Assembly (NCBI GenBank): GCA_965209035.1
Contig: OZ242372.1
Coordinates: 640,001-704,000, forward strand
From: Gammaproteobacteria bacterium
Lineage (GTDB): Bacteria > Pseudomonadota > Gammaproteobacteria > CBDBNL01 > JAAOII01
Length of the DNA stretch: 64,000 bases
Direction of reading: 5' to 3'
Positions 49,822 to 62,000 of the stretch are shown in pieces. The translations under genes and the position numbers were made by a program. The notes beneath the pieces were generated by a model. It ran no database searches. It had not been told where the DNA came from and was given only the letters and a program-made list of their open reading frames with translations. Each line of letters begins with the position of its first letter. The stretch's first letter is position 1.

Positions 49822-51045
49822 TTAATTTTTAATGATGCGATTAACTTGCTTGGCCGCCCGTCTGAGGTTGGTGCGCGCGTTGCCCTTGCCTTGGTAAGTT
49901 TTTTGCAAGGCACTGCCGGTCGCATCCGCAGCTTCTTCCCAACCCTTCAGAGTCGGCGCAAAGTGCGCATAGGGTAACATGCCGGAAAATGCTTGCAGGT
50001 TTGGATCATTGGCAAAGTAAGGATCCGCCGCCACCTTCACGTGCACAGGCATAAATCCCTCTCCTTTGGTGAACTTGCTGCGCCACTTCTCTTGGAAAAT
50101 AAAGTCCAGGAATTTAAATGCCGCATCCTTGTTTTTGGAATTTTTGAAAAGAACAATGGAGTCTGTCACGCCGTATGTTGCATACCTTTTGGCCTTGGGA
50201 ATGAGAGCAATACCAAAATCAACATTTGGCGCTTCCGCTTTCATTTGACCCGTCAGCCAGGGACCGGTAAACATCATACCGAGCCTTCCCTGCTTGAACA
50301 GATTCTGAAGGTCTTCGCGCGCATAATCGGTTACACCGGGCTGTGTCAAACCTTTGTCAATCATCTTTTTATAGAAGTTTGCCGCTTGTATGGCTTCGGG
50401 AGAAGCAATGCCACTCTTACCGTCAACGACAATATCACCGCCAAAGGCCCAGAGTGCGTAATACCAATAAGCATCCGTTTCAATTTCCTTGCCCTGTAAG
50501 CCGAATCCATAGGCATCCGGTAAGGCGGAAATTTTTTCGGCAGCTGCGTAAAGTTGATCCCAAGTTTCGGGAACGGAAGTTACGCCGGCCTTTGCAAAAA
50601 GTTCTTTATTGTAATACATGGCACGGGCCGAGGCGGCTACGGGCAAGCCGTAGGTTTTGCCGTTCAGAACGGACGGTGCCAGGAAGTTACCAATGAACCT
50701 GCTTTTTAACTCGGGCGTCATATGACCGTCCAAGGGTTCAATCACATCTTGGTCGACAAAATCCAACAGCCATCTGGTGCCGATAATGGCGATGTCCGCG
50801 TTGGCATTGGCGGTAATGTCGGTAGTCAGTTTTTGTAACAGGTTATCCCAGTTAACAACTTCCACTTTGACCTTAATGTTTTTGTTCTGTCTTTCAAATG
50901 CACGGGCGGCCTCTTCAAAGATGGGGCCGGATTTGGCACTATAGTATGCCACCGTGAATCTGACTTCATCGGCTGCTTGAACATTGATGCTCAAGAACCC
51001 GAAAGATAAAAGAAAGATATAAAAAAGAGTTTTGATTTTTTTCAT
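49822..51045 (-). CDS. Sugar ABC transporter substrate-binding protein
   Basis: Signal peptide (VQA-AD), YGLP, YYNKELF.KAG..P.TW, F.QG. Confidence 0.93.
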   Translation of the reverse strand: MKKIKTLFYIFLLSFGFLSINVQAADEVRFTVAYYSAKSGPIFEEAARAFERQNKNIKVKVEVVNWDNLLQKLTTDITANANADIAIIGTRWLLDFVDQDVIEPLDGHMTPELKSRFIGNFLAPSVLNGKTYGLPVAASARAMYYNKELFAKAGVTSVPETWDQLYAAAEKISALPDAYGFGLQGKEIETDAYWYYALWAFGGDIVVDGKSGIASPEAIQAANFYKKMIDKGLTQPGVTDYAREDLQNLFKQGRLGMMFTGPWLTGQMKAEAPNVDFGIALIPKAKRYATYGVTDSIVLFKNSKNKDAAFKFLDFIFQEKWRSKFTKGEGFMPVHVKVAADPYFANDPNLQAFSGMLPYAHFAPTLKGWEEAADATGSALQKTYQGKGNARTNLRRAAKQVNRIIKN

Positions 51046-51328
51046 ACTAATTATGTTCTCCTTAATGAATGATTTGATTAAAAGTAATATGCCGGATGTT
51101 ATGGCAAGAGAACATCGCCCTGTTCAATCCACGGACTGAATGCGGCGACCTTCTCTTTTTGTATAACATCTGTCATTTGTTTATTATATACACAAAATTG
51201 GATTTTTGTCACTTAAAAGAAAAAACGGACTTCGGGACCGAGAGCTCGCCCCCCGGAAAATCTCCCCGGAAGAGATAATATCAACAACAAAGTTCCAAAT
51301 AATTCTCCCGTTGTTTATAATGGAAAGC

Positions 51329-52312
51329 ATGAAAGGACTTATCCTTAACCAAGATACGGAGGGAAAAACTCTCGCTCAGGTGACAGCAATTGACGAAGCA
51401 CAATTGCCCGAAGGAGATATCACTATTAATGTGGGTTATTCCGCCATTAACTATAAAGATGCACTCGCTATTACCGGTAAAGGCAAAATTGTCCGGTCGT
51501 TTCCGTTTGTGCCGGGTATTGACTTATGCGGCGAGGTTTGTGCTTCTGCAAATGCCTCCTTCCCGGTAGGGATGAAAGTCGTTGCTACCGGTTGGGGCAT
51601 AGGAGAACGCCATTGGGGCGGGCTTGCGGAAAAAGCGCGTCTAAAAGCAAAATGGGTTACCCCCCTGCCGGAGGAATTGGATGAGATTTCAGCAATGTCA
51701 CTCGGTACCGCGGGGATTACGGCAATGTTGTGTGTTGATGCATTGAGATCAACAGATCCCGGGAAAGGCCCCATGATCGTCAGCGGCGCGAGCGGCGGCG
51801 TCGGGAGTTTGGCGGTGAAGTTACTTGCCGAACTCGGTTATGAGGTGACCGCGGTCACTTCGGAGGCCGGTAAGGATTGGGTGCGAGAATTGGGCGCAAA
51901 ACAATGTGTGATGCGAGAAGAAATGGCAAAAGAATGCCGACCTTTGGAAGGAGCAAAATGGGCCGGGGGCGCGGACACGGTCGGTGGCACAGTGTTGTCC
52001 CGTATTCTGGCAGAATCTATGCCGGGTAGTTCGGTCGCAGCCTGCGGTTTGGCGGGCGGAGTTTCCTTAAAGACGACTGTGATGCCGTTTATTTTACGCG
52101 GCGTCAAACTAATCGGTATAGACAGTGTTTATATAGAACCCGCAAAACGCGTTGAATTGTGGCAGTTTTTGGCAAAAACATTGAAAAGGGATTTTCTACA
52201 CAAAATGGCAACCGTCATATCATTGGATGAGGCAGCCACATACGGCGAACAGATATTGAAAGGTGAAACTACGGGCCGTATTGTTGTTGATGTAAAAAAA
52301 AATAAAGATTGA
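51329..52312 (+). CDS. acuI: Acryloyl-CoA reductase AcuI (YhdH/YhfP MDR family)
   Basis: YSAINYKDALA, VPGID, GTAG.TAMLC, GASGGVGS, TVMPFILRGV.L.GIDSV. Confidence 0.85.
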   Translation: MKGLILNQDTEGKTLAQVTAIDEAQLPEGDITINVGYSAINYKDALAITGKGKIVRSFPFVPGIDLCGEVCASANASFPVGMKVVATGWGIGERHWGGLAEKARLKAKWVTPLPEELDEISAMSLGTAGITAMLCVDALRSTDPGKGPMIVSGASGGVGSLAVKLLAELGYEVTAVTSEAGKDWVRELGAKQCVMREEMAKECRPLEGAKWAGGADTVGGTVLSRILAESMPGSSVAACGLAGGVSLKTTVMPFILRGVKLIGIDSVYIEPAKRVELWQFLAKTLKRDFLHKMATVISLDEAATYGEQILKGETTGRIVVDVKKNKD

Positions 52313-52322
52313 CCGTATATCC

Positions 52323-52351
52323 TTACCTAATGACTAATTTAACCCTATAAT
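52323..52351 (+). promoter_or_regulatory. Putative sigma70 promoter of iscSUA
   Basis: TTACCT-17 bp-TATAAT upstream of iscS. Confidence 0.5.
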
Positions 52352-52383
52352 GACATTGTGGAGGTACCAAAGAAACAACTATT

Positions 52384-53604
52384 ATGAAAAACAACGAAGC
52401 GATTTATCTTGATTATTCGGCAACTACGCCGGTGGATCCCCGTGTTGCCAAAAAGATGATACATTATCTTGACCCAAACGGCGTTTACGGTAATCCGGCT
52501 TCCCGTTCGCATTCATTTGGGTGGAAAGCCGAAGAGGCGGTGGAACATGCCCGCCAACAAATTGCGGATTTACTAAACTGTGACCCGCGGGAAATTGTTT
52601 GGACTTCCGGTGCAACCGAAAGCGACAATTTGTGCATCAAGGGGGCCGCTCACTTTTACGCAAAAAAGGGGAAGCATCTCATTACTTCAAAAATAGAGCA
52701 TAAGGCTGTGCTGGATACCTGCAGACAATTGGAAAGAGAAGGCTACGAGGTGACTTATTTGGATCCGGACAGTGACGGAATGATAAGCCCACAACAGGTG
52801 GCGGATGCTATCCGAGAAGATACGACTTTAGTAAGTCTAATGCATGTTAATAATGAAATTGGCGTTATTAACGACATCAAAGCGATTGGCGAAGTTACGA
52901 GAAGTAAAGGCGTTTTGTTTCATACGGATGCGGCGCAAAGTCCGGGGAAGGTTCCCATAGATCTGCAAGAAATGAAAGTGGATTTGATGAGCCTTTCGGC
53001 ACACAAGGTATACGGGCCAAAAGGCATAGGCGCAGCCTTTGTGCGGCGCAAGCCCAGAGCACGAATAGAAGCACAAATGCACGGCGGCGGACATGAACGC
53101 GGGATGCGCTCCGGCACTTTGCCAACACATCAAATCGTCGGCATGGGAGAAGCATTTGCTATCGCCAAGCAGGATCTGCGGAAAGATTACAAAAAAATCG
53201 AGCAACTTCATCAAAGATTTTGGCGACAAATAAAGGATATGGAAGAAGTTTATGTTAACGGTTCCGTTACGCAACGCGTCCCTCATAATCTCAATGTTAG
53301 TTTTAATTACATAGAAGGTGAGTCTTTGATGATGGCACTTAAGGACTTGGCGGTTTCTTCCGGGTCTGCCTGCACTTCCGCCAGTTTGGAACCGTCTTAT
53401 GTTTTACGCGCTTTGGGAAGAAACGACGAACTCGCACACAGTTCCATTCGGTTTTCTTTTGGAAGGTTCACCACAGAAGAACAGGTGGACAGAGCCGCCG
53501 CGGGGCTCCGGCATGCCGTCACAAAATTGAGAGGACTTTCTCCGCTGTGGGATCTTTACAAAGACGGTGTCGATCTAAATACGATTGAATGGGCGACACA
53601 TTAA
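52384..53604 (+). CDS. iscS: Cysteine desulfurase
   Basis: [44 protein letters not shown]. Confidence 0.98.
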   Translation: MKNNEAIYLDYSATTPVDPRVAKKMIHYLDPNGVYGNPASRSHSFGWKAEEAVEHARQQIADLLNCDPREIVWTSGATESDNLCIKGAAHFYAKKGKHLITSKIEHKAVLDTCRQLEREGYEVTYLDPDSDGMISPQQVADAIREDTTLVSLMHVNNEIGVINDIKAIGEVTRSKGVLFHTDAAQSPGKVPIDLQEMKVDLMSLSAHKVYGPKGIGAAFVRRKPRARIEAQMHGGGHERGMRSGTLPTHQIVGMGEAFAIAKQDLRKDYKKIEQLHQRFWRQIKDMEEVYVNGSVTQRVPHNLNVSFNYIEGESLMMALKDLAVSSGSACTSASLEPSYVLRALGRNDELAHSSIRFSFGRFTTEEQVDRAAAGLRHAVTKLRGLSPLWDLYKDGVDLNTIEWATH

Positions 53605-53668
53605 TCATTAATTAGAATTAGGAATCCGATTTAATTTAACTATACTATATTTTTAAGAGGTAATCATA

Positions 53669-54091
53669 ATGGCATATAGCGATAAAGTAATCAATCATTA
53701 CGAGAATCCGCGTAATGTGGGCACATTGGACAGTAAGTCGTCCGAAGTAGGAACGGGTATGGTGGGTGCACCGGCTTGCGGTGATGTAATGCGTCTGCAA
53801 ATCAAGGTGAACAAAGAAGGTGTGATAGAAGACGCCAAGTTTAAGACCTATGGTTGCGGTTCTGCAATTGCTTCCAGTTCTCTTGCTACCGAATGGATGA
53901 AAGGTAAGACAATCGAAGAGGCCGGTAAAATTAAGAATACTGAGATCGTGGAAGAACTTGCTTTGCCTCCTGTCAAGATACATTGTTCGGTTTTGGCCGA
54001 AGATGCTATCAAGGCGGCAGTGGAAGACTACAAAAAGAAACAAACAAAAGATTCAGAGCCACAATCCACACAAGCAGTTGCATCCTCTTAA
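53669..54091 (+). CDS. iscU: Fe-S scaffold IscU
   Basis: YS.KV..HYENPRNVG, GAPACGD, GCGSAIAS, LPPVKIHCS. Confidence 0.98.
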   Translation: MAYSDKVINHYENPRNVGTLDSKSSEVGTGMVGAPACGDVMRLQIKVNKEGVIEDAKFKTYGCGSAIASSSLATEWMKGKTIEEAGKIKNTEIVEELALPPVKIHCSVLAEDAIKAAVEDYKKKQTKDSEPQSTQAVASS

Positions 54092-54104
54092 GGGGAGCGA
54101 AGCA

Positions 54105-54461
54105 TTGCCGGGGAATCGTAAGAACGAAGCCGATGGTGGTTGTATTTCTTTGTCGGAAAATGCAGTCGAACACATTCGCAAGCAACTTAGTCAGCGCGGT
54201 AGCGGTTTGGGCATTCGGGTTGGTGTTCGCACAACCGGATGCTCCGGTCTTTCTTATGTACTGGAATTCGTTGATAAAAAAAACGAAAAAGATGAGGTTT
54301 TTGAAAGCGGGGGTGTGCACATCTTTATAGACCCCGAAAGTTTTCCTTTTTTACGCGGAATCACGATGGATTATACAAAAGAAGGTCTAAACGAGGGATT
54401 TTGCTTTGTTAATCCGAACTCCAAAGGAGAATGCGGCTGCGGAGAAAGCTTTCATACTTAA
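54105..54461 (+). CDS. iscA: Fe-S assembly protein IscA
   Basis: TTG start with SD AAGGGGAG; TTGCSGLSY, GLNEGF, CGCGESF. Confidence 0.93.
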   Translation: MPGNRKNEADGGCISLSENAVEHIRKQLSQRGSGLGIRVGVRTTGCSGLSYVLEFVDKKNEKDEVFESGGVHIFIDPESFPFLRGITMDYTKEGLNEGFCFVNPNSKGECGCGESFHT

Positions 54462-54494
54462 TGATTTGATCCCCAAACAGCGGGATGATATGAT

Positions 54495-54520
54495 AAACCT
54501 TTCTTTTGAAAGGTTTTTTT
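54495..54520 (+). terminator. Probable intrinsic terminator of iscSUA
   Basis: aaacctttc-tttt-gaaaggttt followed by a T run. Confidence 0.6.
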
Positions 54521-54637
54521 ATGTTTGTCGGATTACTTCCTTTTTGTTCCCCCGGGGCTTAGCTTATATTGGGGTATTTGTTGTATTGCGAGAGTTAGAG
54601 TTACTTCCTCTTTACTTCCCTTCTCCCCGGTTCTTGC

Positions 54638-57600
54638 TTATAGGACCGCGTCATCGGCGGAAACCTGAGCATCATCCGATTTGGAAGCGGGTTCTTCGCC
54701 GTTTATATCTTCTGTTACTGAGTTCTCACCGGCTTCGGCTTGCTGCTGTTGAATACTCTTATAATACGAAAAACCCGTGCCCGCGGGTATCAGGCGACCC
54801 ACAATTACATTTTCTTTCAATCCTTTTAGCGTATCTTCCTTGGCATGGATAGCCGCTTCTGTGAGGACACGCGTTGTCTCTTGAAAGGATGCCGCGGAAA
54901 TAAATGACTCGGTGGACAAGGAAGCACGAGTGATACCCAGTAAGATGTGTTTATATTGTGCCGGCTTTTTCTTATCTTCTTTGAGTTGGTGATTCATCTC
55001 CAGCAAGCGATTATACCCTATTTGATCGCCTGTAATTAAGTCGGAATCACCCGGATTGGTGATGCTTACTTTACGCAACATCTGTGAGATAATCACTTCT
55101 ATGTGCTTATCGTCAATATGAACACCCTGTGATCTGTAGATGTTTTGAACCTCGCGCACCATATATTCAACCAGACTCCCTACCCCTTTGAGAGCAAGAA
55201 TGTCATGCGGATTATAGATACCTTCACAAAGCATATCTCCTACCGCAACCGGATTACCGTCAAACACGCTGATGTGACGACGCTTGGGAATCGCGATCTC
55301 ATTCAATAGTTCTTCCCGGGCTGAAAGAATCCGGACCTTTATCTTATCTTTGGTCTCCTTGCCGAACTTGACTGTTCCGGCAACGGGGGCAAGGATTGCG
55401 GCATCTTTGGGGACACGTGCTTCAAAAATATCCGCAACACGCGGTAAGCCACCGGTAATGTCGCTGGACTTTTGCTCTTCTATGGCAATTCTGGCGATAG
55501 CATCTCCTTCGCTAACTTTTGCTCCTTCCTCAAGAGAAACTACCGACCGGGCGGGAAGAACATAAACCAAGAGTCTTTCCGTGCCGGGTTCATGAATTTG
55601 TTTTTTATTTTTATCTACCAGGTAGATCGCCGGCTTTAAATCCCTGCCAGTTGTGGGTCTTTCAAGGGGATTGATCACCTCAATAGAAGTTGTCCCGGTC
55701 ATCTTGTCTGTCTGACGACGAATACTCATGTTTTCTTCAAAATCGGCAAAAAGCAAATATCCGTTCACCTCGGCAATAATGGGCATGTTGTGTGGTTCCC
55801 ATACTGCTATTGTTTGACCGCCCGTTACTTTTTCGCCATTTTTTACCGAGATAATGGCACCATAGATAATCTTGTAATTTTCACATTCGCGATCATTGAC
55901 ATCCAGAATAGACAAACTACCGGAACGGGAAGTGACGACATAACAATCGTCTTTGTTTTTCACATAGGTAATGTTATTAAAACGCACCGTACCACCTATC
56001 TTAACAGTCACATTGCTGTCGCGAGTTTGCCGACTTGCCGCACCTCCCACATGAAAGGTTCGCATGGTTAATTGGGTGCCGGGTTCGCCGATAGACTGGG
56101 CGGCGATGATACCAACCGCTTCGCCTATATTTACAAGTGCTCCGCGTGCCAAGTCAATACCATAGCATTTTTTACATATCCCGTGCTTGGTTTGACATGT
56201 AATGGAGGATCGCACATAAACTTGATTAATATGATACTCTTCAAGGACTTTCAGTTTCTCTTCATCTACATATGTCCCTTTCGGCAATATCACCTTATTA
56301 TTTGCCGCGACGATATCCTTGGCAAGTATCCGACCAAATACCCGTTCCGATAAAGAAATCGTTGTGGTTCCTCCTTCAATAACAGCACTCATACTGACAC
56401 CCCGCTCGGTTTCGCAATCTTCTTCCGTGATGATGACATCTTGTGAAATATCAACCAACCGGCGCGTCAAGTAACCGGAGTTAGCAGTCTTCAACGCCGT
56501 ATCCGCCAGCCCTTTGCGTGCTCCGTGTGTGGATATAAAGTATTGCAGAACCGAAAGGCCCTCGCGAAAGTTGGCGGTGATTGCGGTTTCAATGATAGAG
56601 CCATCGGGTTTGGCCATCAGACCGCGCATGGCCGCCAGTTGCCGAATTTGCTGTTCGGAACCTCTTGCGCCGGAATCGGCCATCATGTATACGGAGTTAA
56701 AAGATTCTTCTTCCACCGGGTCTTCCGTCTTATCCTTACTTGGCACAACCTCTTTGCTCATTCCAATCATCATTTCTTTGGAAACTCTGTCACCGGCATT
56801 TGACCAGAGATCAACGACCTTGTTATACTTCTCACCTTGCGTGATAAGACCTTCAGAAAATTGCTTTTCTATAAATACCACTTCTTTTTCCACCCCTTGC
56901 AATATGGTTTTCTTTGTCTTCGGAATCTGAAGATCTTCCACCGCGATAGATGTCCCGGAAGATGTCGCATATTGAAATCCAAGATACATTAACTGATCCG
57001 CAAAAACAACCGTATCTTTCAAACCCAAACGACGATAGCTGATATCCACCAGATTTGAGATATTCCCTTTTTTCATGGTTGTATTCACCGGATAAAAATC
57101 TATCCCGCGCGGAACAATCCCAAACAAAATGACTCTTCCCGTTGTTGTGGTGTAAATCCTTTCTTCCATAATCTCATGGCCGTTCTCGTCAATGGAATAG
57201 GACTTAATTCTGGCACGAATACGAGCATGCAGGGCAACTTCTCCGTTATGATAGGCACGCTCCACTTCGGCGGCATCGGCGAATAACATATTTTCGCCCT
57301 TGGAATTCAGTTTTTCACGCGTTAAATAATACAAGCCAAGAACAATATCCTGCGAGGGGACAATGATCGGGGCTCCGTTTGCCGGCGACAAGATGTTGTT
57401 GGTTGACATCATAAGAACACGTGCCTCTTCCTGCGCCTCGTAACTCAACGGAACATATACCCCCATCTGATCTCCGTCAAAATCGGCGTTATAGGCGGCA
57501 CATACCAAAGGATGGAGCTGAATTGCCTTGCCTTCTATGAGGACCGGTTCAAATGCTTGAATTCCCAAGCGATGCAAAGTGGGTGCCCGATTGAGCAAAA

Positions 57601-58990
57601 CAGGATGCTGCTTGATAACTTCCGCCAGTATATCCCACAGACTTGCATCTTCCCTTTCCACAATTTGCTTGGCCTCTTTGATGCTGCTCGCTTCACCGCG
57701 ATTAATTAATTTGGAAAATACAAACGGCTTAAACAATTCTATTGCCATTTTTTTTGGCAAGCCACATTCATGCAGTTTAAGATCCGGTCCCACCGCAATA
57801 ACCGAACGGCCGGAATAGTCCACTCGCTTTCCAAGCAAGTTTTGTCGAAACCGTCCCTGTTTGCCCTTGATCATGTCCACCAAGGATTTAAGCGGCCGCT
57901 TATTATGGTCCACCAGAGGTTGGTTGTCCCGACTATTGTCCAGTAACCGATCTACGGATTCTTGCAGCATGCGTTTTTCATTGTTTATGATAATTTCCGG
58001 GGCATGCAAATCCAACAGTTTCTTAAGGCGGCCGTTACGATTAATGACCCGGCGATAGCAGTCATTTAGATCGGAAGCGGCAAAGCGACCGCCCTCCAAC
58101 GGAACCAAGGGGCGTAATTCCGGCGGCAACACGGGGAGAACCTTAAATATCATCCAAGAAGGTTTGTTCTTGCCGGCATCAAACGCCTCCAACACTTTTA
58201 ACCTGGCAGAAAGTTTTCTTTCAGTGAGTTCGGAACGACGACGTGCCGCCGTCAATTGAAGACGAACCGCCTTAATTTGTTCGGGAATGTCCACTTTTTC
58301 GATCATCTCCAATATGGCTTCGGCCCCCATTCCAACTCGGAATGCGTTCGGGTCGGGATACTCCTCGCGCAGATGATGATATTCTTCCTCCGTGAGAATT
58401 TGCCCGACTTTGACTTGCTTGGTTTCCGATTCGTCTTTGTCTTTTTTATCTTTTTTACCTTTCTTATCTTTTGTCTCTTTCTTATCTTTTGTCTCTTTCT
58501 TACCCGTTTCGCTTTTATCGGTCTTTTCGGCAGCGACATCCAAAATGACATGGGATTCAAAGTAAAGAATTCGCTCCAAACTCCTCAAAGGAAGTCCCAA
58601 AAATAAAGCAAGGCGAGAAGGCAATGACTTGAGAAACCAGATATGTGCCACGGGGCTGGCAAGTTCAATATGTCCCATACGCGTTCGCCGAACTTTGGAA
58701 AGTGTGACCTCCACACCGCATTTTTCGCAAACAACACCGCGATGTCGCTGCCTTTTATACTTGCCGCAAAGACATTCGTAATCTTTGATGGGGCCGAAAA
58801 TTCTGGCACAAAAGAGCCCGTCTCTCTCGGGCTTAAAAGTGCGATAATTGATGGTCTCGGATTTCTTAACTTCTCCGTAAGACCAAGAACGAATAGTTTC
58901 CGGAGATGCCAGGCGAATAAAAACCGAGCGGATTTCTTTGCGAGCCTCTGTGCCGATCTCCTTATTATTGTTTATCATTTCATCAATCAT
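54638..58990 (-). CDS. rpoC: RNA polymerase beta' subunit
   Basis: NADFDGD, Zn finger [32 protein letters not shown]. Confidence 0.99.
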   Translation of the reverse strand: MIDEMINNNKEIGTEARKEIRSVFIRLASPETIRSWSYGEVKKSETINYRTFKPERDGLFCARIFGPIKDYECLCGKYKRQRHRGVVCEKCGVEVTLSKVRRTRMGHIELASPVAHIWFLKSLPSRLALFLGLPLRSLERILYFESHVILDVAAEKTDKSETGKKETKDKKETKDKKGKKDKKDKDESETKQVKVGQILTEEEYHHLREEYPDPNAFRVGMGAEAILEMIEKVDIPEQIKAVRLQLTAARRRSELTERKLSARLKVLEAFDAGKNKPSWMIFKVLPVLPPELRPLVPLEGGRFAASDLNDCYRRVINRNGRLKKLLDLHAPEIIINNEKRMLQESVDRLLDNSRDNQPLVDHNKRPLKSLVDMIKGKQGRFRQNLLGKRVDYSGRSVIAVGPDLKLHECGLPKKMAIELFKPFVFSKLINRGEASSIKEAKQIVEREDASLWDILAEVIKQHPVLLNRAPTLHRLGIQAFEPVLIEGKAIQLHPLVCAAYNADFDGDQMGVYVPLSYEAQEEARVLMMSTNNILSPANGAPIIVPSQDIVLGLYYLTREKLNSKGENMLFADAAEVERAYHNGEVALHARIRARIKSYSIDENGHEIMEERIYTTTTGRVILFGIVPRGIDFYPVNTTMKKGNISNLVDISYRRLGLKDTVVFADQLMYLGFQYATSSGTSIAVEDLQIPKTKKTILQGVEKEVVFIEKQFSEGLITQGEKYNKVVDLWSNAGDRVSKEMMIGMSKEVVPSKDKTEDPVEEESFNSVYMMADSGARGSEQQIRQLAAMRGLMAKPDGSIIETAITANFREGLSVLQYFISTHGARKGLADTALKTANSGYLTRRLVDISQDVIITEEDCETERGVSMSAVIEGGTTTISLSERVFGRILAKDIVAANNKVILPKGTYVDEEKLKVLEEYHINQVYVRSSITCQTKHGICKKCYGIDLARGALVNIGEAVGIIAAQSIGEPGTQLTMRTFHVGGAASRQTRDSNVTVKIGGTVRFNNITYVKNKDDCYVVTSRSGSLSILDVNDRECENYKIIYGAIISVKNGEKVTGGQTIAVWEPHNMPIIAEVNGYLLFADFEENMSIRRQTDKMTGTTSIEVINPLERPTTGRDLKPAIYLVDKNKKQIHEPGTERLLVYVLPARSVVSLEEGAKVSEGDAIARIAIEEQKSSDITGGLPRVADIFEARVPKDAAILAPVAGTVKFGKETKDKIKVRILSAREELLNEIAIPKRRHISVFDGNPVAVGDMLCEGIYNPHDILALKGVGSLVEYMVREVQNIYRSQGVHIDDKHIEVIISQMLRKVSITNPGDSDLITGDQIGYNRLLEMNHQLKEDKKKPAQYKHILLGITRASLSTESFISAASFQETTRVLTEAAIHAKEDTLKGLKENVIVGRLIPAGTGFSYYKSIQQQQAEAGENSVTEDINGEEPASKSDDAQVSADDAVL

Positions 58991-59050
58991 ATATTTACTC
59001 CGTGAAAAATTGAAAAAAAATTAATTCTTGTAATCCTAGTTTTTGTAATC

Positions 59051-62000
59051 CTAATTCTTGTAATCGATGTTTAATCCGAGTGAACGAATTTCATTAATCA
59101 ATACATGAAATGACTCGGGGATGTAGTGGACGGAATAAGAAGAACCGGCAATGATATTCTTATAAACTTCGTTTCTTCCTCTTTCGTCATCGGATTTCAC
59201 TGTCAACATTTCTTGCAGAGTGTATGCGGCACCATAAGATTCCAACGCCCATACTTCCATTTCACCAAAACGTTGTCCTCCCATTTGCGCCTTACCGCCA
59301 AGAGGCTGCCGAGTAACCAGACCATAAGAGCCGATGGAACGCGCGTGAATCTTATCTTCTACCAAATGATTTAACTTGAGCATGTATACCTGCCCGACAG
59401 TCACAGGACGATCAAATTGCTCGCCGGTACGCCCGTCAAAGAGCACCTTGCGTTCGGACGGAGAGGCACCGGCAATATTCAGCATCTCTTTTATATCCTC
59501 TTCTTTTGCGCCGTAAAAAACCGGGGTGGCAAAAGGAACGCCGTCTTTGTAATTTTGACATACTTCCAGTAATTGTTCATCGGTCAAGTCACCAAAAAAC
59601 TTTTTGGCACGCCCGTTATCCATACTTGCGTAAACTTTATCAAGTAACTTACGCAATGCGGTAAGTTTTTTTTCATTGGACATCAAGGCAGTAATTTTTC
59701 TTCCCAATTCTTTGGCAGCATCTCCAAGATGTGCTTCCAAAAGTTGACCAATATTCATACGAGAAGGTAGCCCCAAAGGACTGAGAACAATATCAAGGGC
59801 GTTTCCCTCTTCGTCATGGGGCATGTCCTCCGTTGGCATCACCGCGGACACCACACCTTTGTTACCATGGCGACCCGCCAGCTTGTCTCCCGATTGTATC
59901 GGTCTTTTGGCCGCAACATAAACCTTGACAATTTTTAGAACACCGGGGGCAAGACCTTCGGCACCGGATCTGATGCCTTTTTCTTGTTTCTTTAATTGCT
60001 TGTTAAGATTAACTTCCACTTCTTCCAAATTCTCTCTTGCCTTTTCCAAAAGATCGTTTAGGGCCGCACTGCGCATACTCAGCCCGAAAATGTCTTCGAG
60101 TTCACATTTTGCCAGATAGGCGGCGGTTATGTTTTGCCCCGCCTTCAGTCCCTTGCCTTTCGCCGCCGCTTTACCTTTTAACTTTTCTTTAAGATTGGTT
60201 TCGGTAATCTTACGAACCATCTGATAGCGGATTTTACTCTCTTTGCGGATTTCCGCAAGCTGTTCTTTGTCAATCTCTTTTGCCCGGCTGTCCTTATTTT
60301 CTTTGCCCTTGGTAAATACTTCCACATCTATGACCTTGCCCTTTACTCCCGAAGGCAACCGCAAAGAACTGTCTTTAACATCGGCCGCTTTTTCACCAAA
60401 GACCGCTCGCAGTAAACTTTCTTCGGCGGTCAGTGTGTCCTCGCTTTTGGGGGTAATCATACCAACCAAAATATCTCCGCTTTTTACCTGAGCACCGACG
60501 CGAATGATGCCGGATGTATCCAGGTTGGCAAGAGCCGCTTCGCCGATGTTTGGTATTTCTCTGGTAATCTCTTCGTCTCCCAGTTTTGTATTGCGCACGG
60601 TACAGACAAACTCCATAATATGAATACTGGTTAAAACATCGTCGGCTACCAGACGCTCGGAAATCAAAATAGAGTCTTCAAAATTGTAGCCCTTCCAACA
60701 CATGAAGCCCACACGCAGATTTGTGCCGAGCGCAAGTTCCCCCATATCGGTTGCCGCCCCGTCCGCGAGAACATCCATTGGTTCCACTTTGTCTCCCAAC
60801 TTGACAACAGGCCTCTGACTAATCACAGTGTTTTGATTGGAGCGACGAAATCTTGCCAAAGAATAGATGTCCACGGGTAGCTCATCATCATCTTCGGTAA
60901 CACGCACAACAATTCGCTTGGCATCTATTTCTTCAACAATACCCTTGCGGCGAGCAAGGATACAACTGCCGGCATCCCTGGCAACATAGCTTTCCATTCC
61001 GGTCCCAACCAACGGCTTTTGTTTTTTTAGCAACGGGACCGCCTGTCTTTGCATGTTGGAACCCATTAAGGCCCTGTTCGCATCATCATGCTCCAAAAAA
61101 GGAATCAGGGACGCGGCAACGGATATTAATTGTTTGGCATCCACATCCATCAGGGTAATCTCTTCGCGCGGCATAAAAATCACATCGCCTTTATGTCTGA
61201 CCATGAGCATTTTCTCAACAAACTTGTTTTGGGAGTCCAGCAAATTGTTGCCGGATGCAATTGTATGTTCTTTTTCGTCCATAGCCGAAAGCCAGACTAC
61301 TGCATCGGTTGCCTTGCCGTTGCTAACCTTACGATAAGGAGTTTCCAGAAAACCAAACTCATTAATTTTGGTGTGAATTGCCATAGAATTAATGAGGCCG
61401 ATGTTTGCTCCTTCAGGGGTTTCTATGGGACATAAGCGGCCATAATGGGTGGGATGTACATCACGAACCTCAAATCCTGCCCGGTCACGCGACAGACCAC
61501 CGGGTCCCAAAGCCGATATACGCCTTTTATGCGTAATTTCAGCCAACGGGTTAATTTGATCCGTTAATTGAGACAACTGGCTGCTTGTAAAAAAATCACG
61601 TATTGCCCCGGAAACCGCTTTTGCACTCACCAAATCCTTTGGGGTGTAAGTATCTATATCCGGCAAACTGAGTCTTTCGCGTACCGCGCGTTCTATACGC
61701 AAAAGGCCCAAACGAAGTTGGTTGAACATCATTTCACCGACTTGACGGACGCGGCGATTGCTGAGGCTGTCTATATCATCTACCTCGCTAACACCCTTAC
61801 GAATATCCAAAAGAATTTTGACCGTATCAATAATATCTTTCCTTTGTAAGACCATCACATCTTCACCATCTTTACTGTCCCTACCCAGCCGCTTATTTAA
61901 TTTCATACGACCGACATGCGATAAACTATACCGGTCATCGCTAAAGAACAGATTATTGAAAAATTGAACGGCTACATCAAGATTTTCCATTTCACCCGGG

